A DNA stretch of 62,388 nucleotides, filler included, from Actinomycetota bacterium (GTDB lineage: Bacteria; Actinomycetota; Acidimicrobiia; Spongiisociales; UBA4744): assembly GCA_013152275.1 (NCBI GenBank). It is 4 parts of 4 records of this genome, joined end to end, with 100 filler letters (N's around TTAATTAATTAA, not from the genome) between each part and the next. Parts side by side here need not be neighbours in the genome. Positions count along the whole stretch, not along the records: positions 16,198 to 31,814 come from JAADGS010000013.1; 3 more parts are not named here. One strand, given 5' to 3'. Position 1 is the first letter of the stretch; each line of letters opens with the position of its first letter. Positions 20,848 to 29,977 of the stretch are shown here, one piece after another. The notes beneath the pieces are model-generated. The model ran no database searches. It was not told the origin of the DNA and saw only the letters and a program-made list of their open reading frames with translations. Made by a program: the position numbers and the translations under genes.

Positions 20848-21312
20848 GTGCAGGTTGCAGTGTCCGGGAAACAACGCGATGCTCGTCCTCCCGTCGCGAC
20901 TCACGCCGCGCCGAACCCGGACACTGCAACCAGGCGCAGCGCCAGACGGCGCCCGACGGTCACGCCGAGCATCTGGGATGACGGGACGGTGGGAGTTCCG
21001 CCCGATGCCGCATATGTGCGCCGCTTCTGGACGGCACTCATCGGTTCGACCGCAGTCGCCGAGCTGCTGCGCCTGGTGACGGCGGCCCGCAAGAACACCT
21101 CGCTGCCCTGCCCGATCAGGCTCCCCCAACTCGCCGCCGAAGGGCTCGTCTCGCTCGAGCCCGGACGGATTCACGTGCGTGCGACGATTCCCCCACTCGG
21201 TCCAGGCCAGACCCGACGACTGTCACCGGCCCTGCGCGCCGAGCACTGCAAGGCGCTCACCCTTCTGTTCCCCGACCCATCAAACCGTTCTCGTGACGGT
21301 TCACAGGAATAA
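20848..21312 (+). CDS. Hypothetical protein (possible winged-helix)
   Basis: The ORF fills the intergenic space; YVRRFWTALIGSTAVAELLRL helix motif; start uncertain. Confidence 0.55.
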   Translation: MQVAVSGKQRDARPPVATHAAPNPDTATRRSARRRPTVTPSIWDDGTVGVPPDAAYVRRFWTALIGSTAVAELLRLVTAARKNTSLPCPIRLPQLAAEGLVSLEPGRIHVRATIPPLGPGQTRRLSPALRAEHCKALTLLFPDPSNRSRDGSQE

Positions 21313-21407
21313 TCCCGGCCAACCGTCACGAGAACGGAGTGAATGGGTGGGTGGGTGAATGGTGCGTACCGGCCACTTCAGGCTGTGAGAAAGCTACGCT
21401 GCCACCC

Positions 21408-22592
21408 ATGTTCAGTTACCAAGAGTGGACGGACCGCACGCGCAGCCGGGTCAACGAGATCTCCGTTGCGGAGCTCGCGGCACGCGGAGACGAAGCGCCA
21501 CTGATCATCGACATCCGCGAGGACGCCGAGTACGCCGAAGGCGCCATTCCCGGTGCAGTGCACATCCCCCGGGGTTTTCTCGAAAGCGCGATCGCCGATT
21601 ACGCCGACCGGGACACCGAGTTCGTCCTCTACTGCAGCGTCGGCCAGCGGTCGGCCCTCGCGGCCTACGCGCTGCAGCAGATGGGGTACTCGTCGGTCAG
21701 ATCTCTCGCAGAGGGCTCGGACGGCTGGCGCATGGCCGGGCATCCGTGGGAGGTCCCCCAGACCTTCGATCTCGACCACCGAATCCGGTACGCACGCCAC
21801 CTCGCACTGTCGGAGGTCGGCGAGAGAGGCCAGCGAAAACTCCTCGATTCCAAGGTCGTGATCGTCGGCGCAGGTGGCCTCGGCTCCCCGGTCGCCCTAT
21901 ATCTGGCAGCTGCGGGGGTCGGCACCATCGGCATCGTCGACTTCGACACCGTGGAGATCTCGAATCTGCAACGTCAGATCCTCCACAGGACGTCACGGGT
22001 CGGTGAGCCCAAGGTAGATTCCGCTGCGGAGACGTTGCGGGGCCTCAACCCGGACGTGACCGTACGCCCCTACAAGGTGACGCTGAAGGCCGACAACGTG
22101 CTCGACATCCTTGACGGCTACGACGTCATCGTCGACGGTGCCGACAACTTCCCGACGCGCTACCTCGTCAACGACGCGTCGCTGCACCTGCGGACCCCGG
22201 TCGTGCACGGATCGATCTTTCGGTTCGAGGGCCAGGCGAGTGTCTTCTGGCCGTACGAGGGTCCGTGCTACCGGTGTCTGTTCCCTGAACCGCCACCTCC
22301 AGAGATGGCACCGTCGTGCTCGGAAGCCGGAGTGTTGGGAGTGCTGCCTGGGGTCATCGGGACCATCCAGGCGACCGAAGCGATCAAGATCCTGCTCGAT
22401 ATCGGCGAGACACTCGTCGGGAAACTCCTCACCTACGACGCGCTCGAGGAGGAGTTTCGCACGCTGAACCTACACCGAGACCCGTCCTGCCCGGCCTGCG
22501 CCGACGAGGACCACCCACCGAAGATCGTCGAGTACGACCAGTACTGCGTTCCCGTGGGCAATGTGACACGGAGCGATTCTGCGAACCGTTAG
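21408..22592 (+). CDS. moeB: Molybdopterin-synthase adenylyltransferase MoeB with N-terminal rhodanese domain
   Basis: Rhodanese YCSVGQRS; RYARH, GAGGLGSP, SNLQRQ, PCYRC, CPAC; leaderless TACGCT 7 nt upstream. Confidence 0.92.
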   Translation: MFSYQEWTDRTRSRVNEISVAELAARGDEAPLIIDIREDAEYAEGAIPGAVHIPRGFLESAIADYADRDTEFVLYCSVGQRSALAAYALQQMGYSSVRSLAEGSDGWRMAGHPWEVPQTFDLDHRIRYARHLALSEVGERGQRKLLDSKVVIVGAGGLGSPVALYLAAAGVGTIGIVDFDTVEISNLQRQILHRTSRVGEPKVDSAAETLRGLNPDVTVRPYKVTLKADNVLDILDGYDVIVDGADNFPTRYLVNDASLHLRTPVVHGSIFRFEGQASVFWPYEGPCYRCLFPEPPPPEMAPSCSEAGVLGVLPGVIGTIQATEAIKILLDIGETLVGKLLTYDALEEEFRTLNLHRDPSCPACADEDHPPKIVEYDQYCVPVGNVTRSDSANR

Positions 22593-22599
22593 AAAACGG

Positions 22600-22628
22600 C
22601 TCAAGGCGCCGGGCGCTCCTGCCGATAA
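22600..22628 (+). promoter_or_regulatory. sigma28/FliA/WhiG-type promoter CTCAAG-N15-GCCGATAA
   Basis: Canonical GCCGATAA -10 box 7 nt before GTG 22636. Confidence 0.7.
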
Positions 22629-22635
22629 CCCTTCC

Positions 22636-24081
22636 GTGCGAAGAGTCGCCACTCTGCTGGCAGCGACGGCGTTGGTCCTCACCTCGCTCGTCGGCGCGCC
22701 GGAGCGAGCACTTGGCGCGTCCACCTACCCAATGACCTTCCCGGTCGCCGGCACGCATCACTACACGGACACATTCGGCGCGTGCAGAGGCACCGATTGC
22801 AGTCGGACGCATGAAGGCAACGACATCATGGCCGACAAGATGATACCGATCGTCGCCGTGGCCGACGGGACCGTCGGTTGGATGCACAATGAGCGAGGCG
22901 TGAAATGCTGTGCGATGGCTCTCAACCACGACGACGGTTGGGCCTCGTGGTACATCCACATGAACAACGACACTCCGGGAACCGACGACGGTCAAGGCTG
23001 GGGGTTCGCCCCCGGTATCGCCCCTGGGGTACACGTCGTCGAGGGCCAGCTCATCGGCTGGGTCGGTGACAGCGGCAACGCCGAGAACGTCGCGCCTCAA
23101 CTCCACTTCGAACTGCACGACCCGAGTGGCACCCCGGTGGATCCATACGACGCGTTGCGTGCAGCTCAGACCGGAGCGCTCGCGAGGCGTTCGGGTACGA
23201 GCCGATACGGAACGGCAAAGGCGATCTCCGAGGCCGGTTTCCCGAGTGGAGCCACAGAGGTCTTCGTCGCCGTCGGCTCGGATTTCGCCGATGCGCTCAC
23301 CGTCGGCCCCGTCGCCGGCCTCGCCTCGGCACCGGTGCTCCTGAGCACATCTACCGCCCTGCCCACGGACACGATCACCGAGATCACTCGCCTCTCCCCC
23401 GACACGATCACCGTCATCGGGGGTCCGGGAGCCATAGGTGACTCCGTCGTGGCGCAGCTCGAGTCGCTCACCGGCGCCCCTGTCGGCCGCCTCGCCGGCA
23501 CGGACCGCTATGGCACGGCGGCAGCGATCTCCGCCTCGCGGTTCAACCCCGGTGTCGGAACCGTGTTCGTGGCGAGCGGCAGTTCGTTTCCCGACGGTCT
23601 CGCAGGGTCGGCGGCGGCAGGGCACATCGGCTCACCGGTCCTGCTCGTCGGCCTGGACCAGATACCTCCGGCCACGGCGACCGAGCTCCAACGCCTGGCA
23701 CCCGCCCGAATCGTCGTGCTGGGAGGCACGGCAGTGGTGTCATCGGCGGTCGAGAACTCCCTGGCATCGTATGCATCGACGGTCGACCGCATCGGAGGCT
23801 CGGACCGATACGAGACCGCAGCCGCCATTTCCGCGGCTTTCTTCGAGCCGGGTGTCCCCAAGGTCTACATCGTGACGGGGGCGAACTTCCCCGACGCCGT
23901 CGCCGGCGTGCCCCTGGCGATCAAGAACGGCGCGCCGCTCCTGCTCGTGAAAGACGACTACGTGCCCCTCGCAACGCTGCTCGAACTCCGCAGGCTCAAC
24001 CCGACGGACATCGTGATCCTCGGTGGCGAGGCGGCGATCAGCCCCTGGATCGCCACCATTCTGCTCGGCGTCGGCCGCTAG
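22636..24081 (+). CDS. Secreted M23 family peptidase with three cell-wall-binding repeat 2 (CWB2) domains
   Basis: Signal peptide; HEGND, WYIHM, GQLIGWVGDSGN, PQLHFE; three repeats of the type R.gG.dRYgTA.AIS...F.DAL...P.LL. Confidence 0.88.
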   Translation: MRRVATLLAATALVLTSLVGAPERALGASTYPMTFPVAGTHHYTDTFGACRGTDCSRTHEGNDIMADKMIPIVAVADGTVGWMHNERGVKCCAMALNHDDGWASWYIHMNNDTPGTDDGQGWGFAPGIAPGVHVVEGQLIGWVGDSGNAENVAPQLHFELHDPSGTPVDPYDALRAAQTGALARRSGTSRYGTAKAISEAGFPSGATEVFVAVGSDFADALTVGPVAGLASAPVLLSTSTALPTDTITEITRLSPDTITVIGGPGAIGDSVVAQLESLTGAPVGRLAGTDRYGTAAAISASRFNPGVGTVFVASGSSFPDGLAGSAAAGHIGSPVLLVGLDQIPPATATELQRLAPARIVVLGGTAVVSSAVENSLASYASTVDRIGGSDRYETAAAISAAFFEPGVPKVYIVTGANFPDAVAGVPLAIKNGAPLLLVKDDYVPLATLLELRRLNPTDIVILGGEAAISPWIATILLGVGR

Positions 24082-24084
24082 CGC

Positions 24085-25221
24085 TCAGGCGTCGACGGTC
24101 TCACCGATCACCCGGATCAGATTCGCACGCTGCACCGGCCACGCAATCTGCGCAACGGCGGCTCTGGCCCTCTCGAGAGTTCCTTCCACGTCGTCCCTGC
24201 TCATCCGGTCCAGTTCCACGAGACGCTCCGCGATCGATTCGGGCGAACCCGGATCGACATAGAGCAGTGTGTCTTCGGGGAAATAGCGAAGCAACGTCCC
24301 GGTCCGCCCGGCGATGACCGGGAACCCCAGCATCACCCATTCGACGATCTTGTTCGAGAAGGACAGAGAGCCGAGCTCATCGGGTTTGGGCACGTTGACC
24401 CCCGCCCAGGCACCCGCGAGCAAGGACGGGATCTCCTGGTGGTCCACCCTGCCCACGCAGTCGAGTCGGTCCTCGACGCCCAGCTCGCCGGCAAGGGCCT
24501 TCAGCGTCTCCAGGTCCTCACCGTCGCCGACGATCCGCAACCGGATCCCGGGGATCTTCCGATGGGTCAGGGAGATGGCCCTGATCACATCGTCGAGACC
24601 GTAGCGTACGGCCACCGTCCCCGTGAAGACGAGGATGCGAGATCCGGCATCCCAGGACACCGATTCCCACCCCTCGAGGTCCGGGACGTTCATGACGACA
24701 TCGATCGGCACGCCCGGTACGCGAGACTCGAACAGTTGCTTGAGCGGTTCGTGCACGGTGATGACCCGGTTCGCGAACCGGATGGACCACCGTTCCTGAG
24801 CAAGGAGAAGACGGCGTGTGATGACGGATCGCCTGCCCTTGGCCGCGAAGAGCTCGGGCATCGGGTCGTGCTCATCCAGCAAGACAGGCACACCCAAGAG
24901 ACGAGCAGGCAGCGCGGCGAACACCAGAAGATCCGGCGGCGAGTTCACATAGACGAGGGCCGGGCGACCGACGACCACACGCCGCAACACCCACAGCAGC
25001 GACCACACGAAGAACAACGAGTACTCGACGAGGTACCGCAGGACACCGTTCCTCTTGTGATCGAGGGGAAACCTCCAGGTTCTCAGGTGTTCACCGACCT
25101 GTCGTTCGTCGAGGAAGAGACCTTCCACCTGCCATCCGCCGTCGAGCAGGGCACGGACCGTGCGTCGAACCCGCGGGTCGCGCGCGAGATGGGATTGGGA
25201 GATGACCAGCACCCGGCCCAC
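24085..25221 (-). CDS. Glycosyltransferase family 4
   Basis: DPRVRR, DEHDPMPE, IVGDGE, SNKIVEW; GTG 25221 just after the upstream stop. Confidence 0.88.
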   Translation of the reverse strand: MGRVLVISQSHLARDPRVRRTVRALLDGGWQVEGLFLDERQVGEHLRTWRFPLDHKRNGVLRYLVEYSLFFVWSLLWVLRRVVVGRPALVYVNSPPDLLVFAALPARLLGVPVLLDEHDPMPELFAAKGRRSVITRRLLLAQERWSIRFANRVITVHEPLKQLFESRVPGVPIDVVMNVPDLEGWESVSWDAGSRILVFTGTVAVRYGLDDVIRAISLTHRKIPGIRLRIVGDGEDLETLKALAGELGVEDRLDCVGRVDHQEIPSLLAGAWAGVNVPKPDELGSLSFSNKIVEWVMLGFPVIAGRTGTLLRYFPEDTLLYVDPGSPESIAERLVELDRMSRDDVEGTLERARAAVAQIAWPVQRANLIRVIGETVDA

Positions 25222-25225
25222 TCGT

Positions 25226-25894
25226 CTACACACCTCTCCGGGTAAGTACCGCAGGAATCGTGCGCAGGAGGATGATGAGGTCGAGCAGCAACGATCGCCG
25301 CCTGATGTAGTCGAGGTCGTAGTCGGTGATTCGGGCGAACGTGAGCGATCCGCGCCCACTCACCTGAGCGAGGCCGGTCATGCCGGGTTTGACGACGAGC
25401 CTTCCTTTGGCCCGTTCGTCGTAGAGCTCGATCTCGTACGGAATCGGGGGGCGAGGCCCGACCAGACTCATGTCGCCCTTGAAGACGTTGAGAAGATTCG
25501 GCAGTTCATCGAGTGACGTACGGCGGAGGAATCGGCCGACACGCGTCACACGGGGATCGTCGAGAAGGAACACCTGATCGCCGTGTTCGTTCGGGCGAGG
25601 CTGCGCTTCTCCGACCACGAGCGATTCGTAGTAGGCGCGATGAATGCTCTCGTCGCCATCGGCCACCATCGAGCGGAACTTCAGCATCGTGAACGGCTTC
25701 CCGTCGAGACCCACTCGTACCTGTCTGAACAGGATCGGCCCCGGCGAGTCCAGACGAATCGCGAGGGCGATGAAAGGGAAGATCGGAAGGAACAACAGGA
25801 TTGCCACGCCGCTCACGAGCAGATCCAGCATTCGCTTGACGATGGAGTAGGCGAGTCGACGCCGCTCTCGACTCTGACGGCTTTTCGTGCTCAT
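25226..25894 (-). CDS. Priming polyprenyl-phosphate sugar phosphotransferase (Bac_transf)
   Basis: [50 protein letters not shown]. Confidence 0.93.
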   Translation of the reverse strand: MSTKSRQSRERRRLAYSIVKRMLDLLVSGVAILLFLPIFPFIALAIRLDSPGPILFRQVRVGLDGKPFTMLKFRSMVADGDESIHRAYYESLVVGEAQPRPNEHGDQVFLLDDPRVTRVGRFLRRTSLDELPNLLNVFKGDMSLVGPRPPIPYEIELYDERAKGRLVVKPGMTGLAQVSGRGSLTFARITDYDLDYIRRRSLLLDLIILLRTIPAVLTRRGV

Positions 25895-26949
25895 TGCCTG
25901 CTGGCCAACACAAGAGCCGGTTCGGAGAAGAGGACAGGCTCGTGCAACTCCGAGGATTGCTTGACGGCATCGGCGAGGGCAACGGCGTAGAGACCGTCCA
26001 GCATCGACACGTACTCGAAATCCTCGCCTCGGATGGAACGAACGATGCCGCTGAGCTCGGTTTCGAGCGGTTCGGCCCGATCGATCCTGTACCGAACCAT
26101 GTTCCCTTCACTCACTCCGAGTCGCCCTGTCGCATCGGACCAGTAGCCGACGTCGGCGTTCTCATAGAAGAAGAGGTTCTGTGCGAGGAGATCGATGACA
26201 TACATTCCGCCTTCGCCGACCACGCGCATCTCGCGAATCTTGACGGGTGTCAGCCAGTTCACGTCGAACAGGGCGATCGAGCCGTCATCGAACCGCATCA
26301 GGCCGGAGAACAGATCTTCGTGGCTTCGATGCATCCTGCGGGCGGTCTCGGCGAACACCCTCTCGATCTTGTGGCCGACGAGGTATCGGACGGCGTCGAA
26401 ATCGTGGGTTGCGAGGTCGGTGACCACGCCGACGTCGCTGATTCGGGCCGGCAGAGGCCCGGTTCGGTTTGCACGGACTTGAAAGATGCGACCCAGCTCA
26501 CCCGACCGGAGTCCGCGCTTGGCCGCGAGCAGCACGGGGTTATATCGTTCGATGTGACCGACACTGGCGATCCGATCGACCGTCGATGCGAGTTCCACGA
26601 GCCGGGTCGCAGTCGGCACGTCGGGCGCCAGAGGTTTCTCCACCAGCAGATGATGACCGGACTCCAGGACCGCCACCGCGACTTCTTCGTGGAGATGGGT
26701 CGGAACGGCAACGACCACCAGTTCGAGATCCTCGTTGGCCAGCATGCGCACGTAGTCGCTGTATGCCCGAGCCATGCGGGAACGGGTCGCACGCTCGACT
26801 GCTTCCGCGGACGGATCGGAGACCGCTCGCAGATCGACGCCTGGAAGCCGGTTGAGGACCCGAACATGGTTCTGACCCATGTTGCCCAGCCCGATCACAC
26901 CCACGCGAACAGGGTCGACGTAGCTCACCCCTTGCTCCGCCATCGTCAC
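25891..26949 (-). CDS. Gfo/Idh/MocA oxidoreductase (WbpB/WlbA-like UDP-GlcNAcA 3-dehydrogenase)
   Basis: GVIGLGNMG, VEKPL, VGHIERYNP, DLATHD. Confidence 0.85.
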   Translation of the reverse strand: MTMAEQGVSYVDPVRVGVIGLGNMGQNHVRVLNRLPGVDLRAVSDPSAEAVERATRSRMARAYSDYVRMLANEDLELVVVAVPTHLHEEVAVAVLESGHHLLVEKPLAPDVPTATRLVELASTVDRIASVGHIERYNPVLLAAKRGLRSGELGRIFQVRANRTGPLPARISDVGVVTDLATHDFDAVRYLVGHKIERVFAETARRMHRSHEDLFSGLMRFDDGSIALFDVNWLTPVKIREMRVVGEGGMYVIDLLAQNLFFYENADVGYWSDATGRLGVSEGNMVRYRIDRAEPLETELSGIVRSIRGEDFEYVSMLDGLYAVALADAVKQSSELHEPVLFSEPALVLASRQ

Positions 26950-28250
26950 CTCCGACCGATCTCCGGGCGAGACCCCGACGCCTCGTCCATATTGCCACGG
27001 TGCTCGCCGGCGCGGCCGACTCCCAGATAGGCGTGACCCCCGGCAATCACCTCGACCGGATTCAAACAGTTCCTCCCGTCGACAACAAGCATCCTAGGCC
27101 GGCCCGACCAGTCGATGTGCTGATACTCCTCATGGTTCGCGACGATCACGACAGCGTCCACCAGCTCGCCCTTCCACGGTTCGAAGCCGAGATCCACGAG
27201 TTCATCGTTCGAGAACACGGGGTCTTCCGCGAGCACGACGGCACCCCGGGCCTCCAACGCGTCCCGAGCTCCGAACGCCGGTGAGCTCGCAGCTTCCTTG
27301 ACGCCGCCACGATAGGCAACACCGCGCAGCAACACCGTCTTGCCCCCGATCCCACCGAGCTCGGCGGCCATGCGATCGACGACCCAGGCCGGCATCGCTT
27401 CGTTGATGGCTCGTGAAGCCGTGATCAGCTCCGAGCCGGACGTCGAGTACTCCAGGAGATGCGGGTAGTGGGGAATGCAGTGCCCACCGACGCCGATTCC
27501 GGGGTCGTGGATGTGTGAATACGGTTGAGAGTTCGCTGCTGCGATGACCTCGGTCACGTCGACGTTCCAAGCATCCGCGAAGCGTGCAAGTTCGTTGGCG
27601 AAAGCGATGTTGATGTCCCGGTAGGTCGTCTCGGCCAGCTTGACCATCTCCGCCGCCTCGGCGGTCGCGAGCGTTCGGACCTCGACCGGCAGGAACCGTC
27701 GGTAGAAGTTCGCCGCCGCGTCACTCGAAGCGCGATCGACGCCACCGAGCAGCTTCGGGTACTGCTCCAGATCGGACCAGATTCGTCCCGAGTAGACACG
27801 CTCCGGACTGAAGGCCACGAGAGAACGCGGCTGGAGCTCACGCAACGCGGCCGCGAAACGCGTCCGGGTGGTTCCGACCGGGACCGTCGTCTCGAAGATC
27901 ACGAGCGCGCCGGCCTGCACGTGCGGAGCGATGGAAGCCACGGCAGCATCGATGGCGCCGAAGTCGGGCTCCCCATCTCGGGCAAGGAGCGGAACGAGCA
28001 CGATCACGACCTCCGCGGCGTGCGTGGCGTCGCGCGGGTCGGTCGTCGCCCTCAGCCGCCCGGAAGCCACGAGGTCGGCGAGCTCCTCGTCCATCCCGGG
28101 TTCCGGACCGATCGGGCTGGCGCCTGCATTCACCTGCTCGGCGACCGAACGGTTCGTATCGTATCCGACCACCGTTGCGCCTCCGGCCGCGTAGTACGCG
28201 GCGACCGGCAGCCCCATCTTGCCCAGACCGATCACCGCAACGCCGGTCAT
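26946..28250 (-). CDS. Nucleotide-sugar 6-dehydrogenase (WbpA/WecC-like)
   Basis: GLGKMGLP, ETTVPVGTT, FSPER, KLAETTYRDINIAFANE, GVGGHCIP. Confidence 0.9.
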   Translation of the reverse strand: MTGVAVIGLGKMGLPVAAYYAAGGATVVGYDTNRSVAEQVNAGASPIGPEPGMDEELADLVASGRLRATTDPRDATHAAEVVIVLVPLLARDGEPDFGAIDAAVASIAPHVQAGALVIFETTVPVGTTRTRFAAALRELQPRSLVAFSPERVYSGRIWSDLEQYPKLLGGVDRASSDAAANFYRRFLPVEVRTLATAEAAEMVKLAETTYRDINIAFANELARFADAWNVDVTEVIAAANSQPYSHIHDPGIGVGGHCIPHYPHLLEYSTSGSELITASRAINEAMPAWVVDRMAAELGGIGGKTVLLRGVAYRGGVKEAASSPAFGARDALEARGAVVLAEDPVFSNDELVDLGFEPWKGELVDAVVIVANHEEYQHIDWSGRPRMLVVDGRNCLNPVEVIAGGHAYLGVGRAGEHRGNMDEASGSRPEIGRR

Positions 28251-29353
28251 GCGAGATTGTTCGCGATCGCCGTTGCGGCATCGATGATCCTGTCGACCTG
28301 ATCGTCGGTGACCTTGGGATGGACCGGAAGGCTCAACACCTGGCGACAGTACCGCTCGGCAGTCGGGCATTGCCCCTCGGCTCCCCCGAACGACGGCTGC
28401 AGGTGCACGGGTGTCGGGTAGTACACATCGACCCCGACCCCGCGAGAGCGAAACCGATCCACGGTCTCGTCGCGCACACCTGCAGGAACCCGAACCGTGT
28501 ACTGGTGGTAGACGTGATATGCATCGGCAGGAACGTCGGTTCTCGTGAAGAAGGCCGGGAGTCCGGCGTCGAACCGGCCGGCGATGCTGCGGCGCCGTGC
28601 CGTCGCCTTCGGCAGCTTCTCGAGTTGGACGCGTCCGATGGCCGCGGCGAGGTCGCTCAACCGGTAGTTGAGACCCCAGGTGACATGTCGGTACCGCGTC
28701 TCCATCCCATGATTTCGAAACAGCGCAGCGTCTCTAGCCGTCTGCTCGTCCGACATCGTGACGATCCCACCCTCGCCACTCATCATGTTCTTGGTCGCGT
28801 AGAGGGAGAATGCGCCGATGCCGGCCGTCCCGGCGCGCCACGACCCCCGCCGCGCGAGGTGCGCCTGGGCTGCATCCTCGATGAGGGCCAGCCCATGGTC
28901 GGATGCGAAAGCTCGCATGCGATCCATGTCCGGCATGAGCCCATAGAGATCGACGGGCATGATGCCCTTCGCCAGACCGGTGAGCTTGGACTCGGCATCC
29001 TCCAAGTCGATGAGGAAATCGTCCCCGATGTCCACGAACACCGGTCGAGCCCCGACAGCGAGCACCGCGTTGGCCGATGCGGCAAAGGTGAACGTCGGAA
29101 CGAGCACTTCATCGCCGGGACCGATGCCGGCCACGTGCAGGGCCACATGGAGAGCCGCGGTACCGCTGGCGACGGCGATCGCGAATCCTGAACCGTGGGC
29201 CCGTGCGAACTCCTCTTCCAGTGCAGCGACCTCCGGGCCTTGGGCGAGGCGGCCCGAACGCAGGACACGAAGTACCGCCGCCTCCTCCTGCTCATCGATG
29301 TCGGGCGCGGCTATTGGGATGAAATCTGGTGGGTTCGACGACACGAAGGGCAC
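28247..29353 (-). CDS. DegT/DnrJ/EryC1/StrS aminotransferase (WbpE/WlbC-like)
   Basis: SGTAALH, EDAAQAH, FSLYATKNM, NYRLSD. Confidence 0.9.
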   Translation of the reverse strand: MPFVSSNPPDFIPIAAPDIDEQEEAAVLRVLRSGRLAQGPEVAALEEEFARAHGSGFAIAVASGTAALHVALHVAGIGPGDEVLVPTFTFAASANAVLAVGARPVFVDIGDDFLIDLEDAESKLTGLAKGIMPVDLYGLMPDMDRMRAFASDHGLALIEDAAQAHLARRGSWRAGTAGIGAFSLYATKNMMSGEGGIVTMSDEQTARDAALFRNHGMETRYRHVTWGLNYRLSDLAAAIGRVQLEKLPKATARRRSIAGRFDAGLPAFFTRTDVPADAYHVYHQYTVRVPAGVRDETVDRFRSRGVGVDVYYPTPVHLQPSFGGAEGQCPTAERYCRQVLSLPVHPKVTDDQVDRIIDAATAIANNLA

Positions 29354-29883
29354 ACTCCGAGACCCTGGACAACCTGAAGTCTATGGCCGCACAAGCATAC
29401 CCATCCTGCACCCCGAGCAGGAATCCCGGCCACCAACTCGTGGGGCGCCACATCCTTTGTGACCACCGCACCGGCTGCGACGAGCGCATACTCTCCGATG
29501 TCGATGCCGGCGACGAGGATGGCACCTGCTCCGATCGAAGCACCGTGGCCGATCGTCACACCTTCCACGCACCAGTCGGCATCATCTTTGAGCGTGCCCT
29601 CAGGTGTAATCGCTCGCGGGTTGTTGTCGTTGGTCACGATGGCGCCGGGCCCCACGAACACACCGTCCGCGATCTCTGTGCCATGGAAGACGAGGGCACC
29701 GGACTGAATCTTGCAATTGGATCCGATCACGACATCGGTGTCGATGTACGCGTGGCTTCCGATCGTCGTCCCCGTGCCGATCTTGGCTCCCCGACGAATC
29801 TGCGTAAACGCCCATATCGCGCAGCCTTGCCCCACGTGTACGTCGTCTTCCACGATCGCCCGGGGATCGACGTAGGCATCCAT
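29311..29883 (-). CDS. Hexapeptide-repeat N-acetyltransferase (WbpD/WlbB-like)
   Basis: Left-handed beta-helix repeats, CKIQ, FVGP..TND..PRA, C-terminal GWVCLCG...CPSC. Confidence 0.88.
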   Translation of the reverse strand: MDAYVDPRAIVEDDVHVGQGCAIWAFTQIRRGAKIGTGTTIGSHAYIDTDVVIGSNCKIQSGALVFHGTEIADGVFVGPGAIVTNDNNPRAITPEGTLKDDADWCVEGVTIGHGASIGAGAILVAGIDIGEYALVAAGAVVTKDVAPHELVAGIPARGAGWVCLCGHRLQVVQGLGVCPSCRRTHQISSQ

Positions 29884-29977
29884 TCGTTCCCAACTTCTTG
29901 GCAATGGGAGCGATGCTAGTGGCTCGTCCGGCGACGTTCGTGGTGCCGGTGCCGAATCGAGGGAGGCGGCCGTTGCG

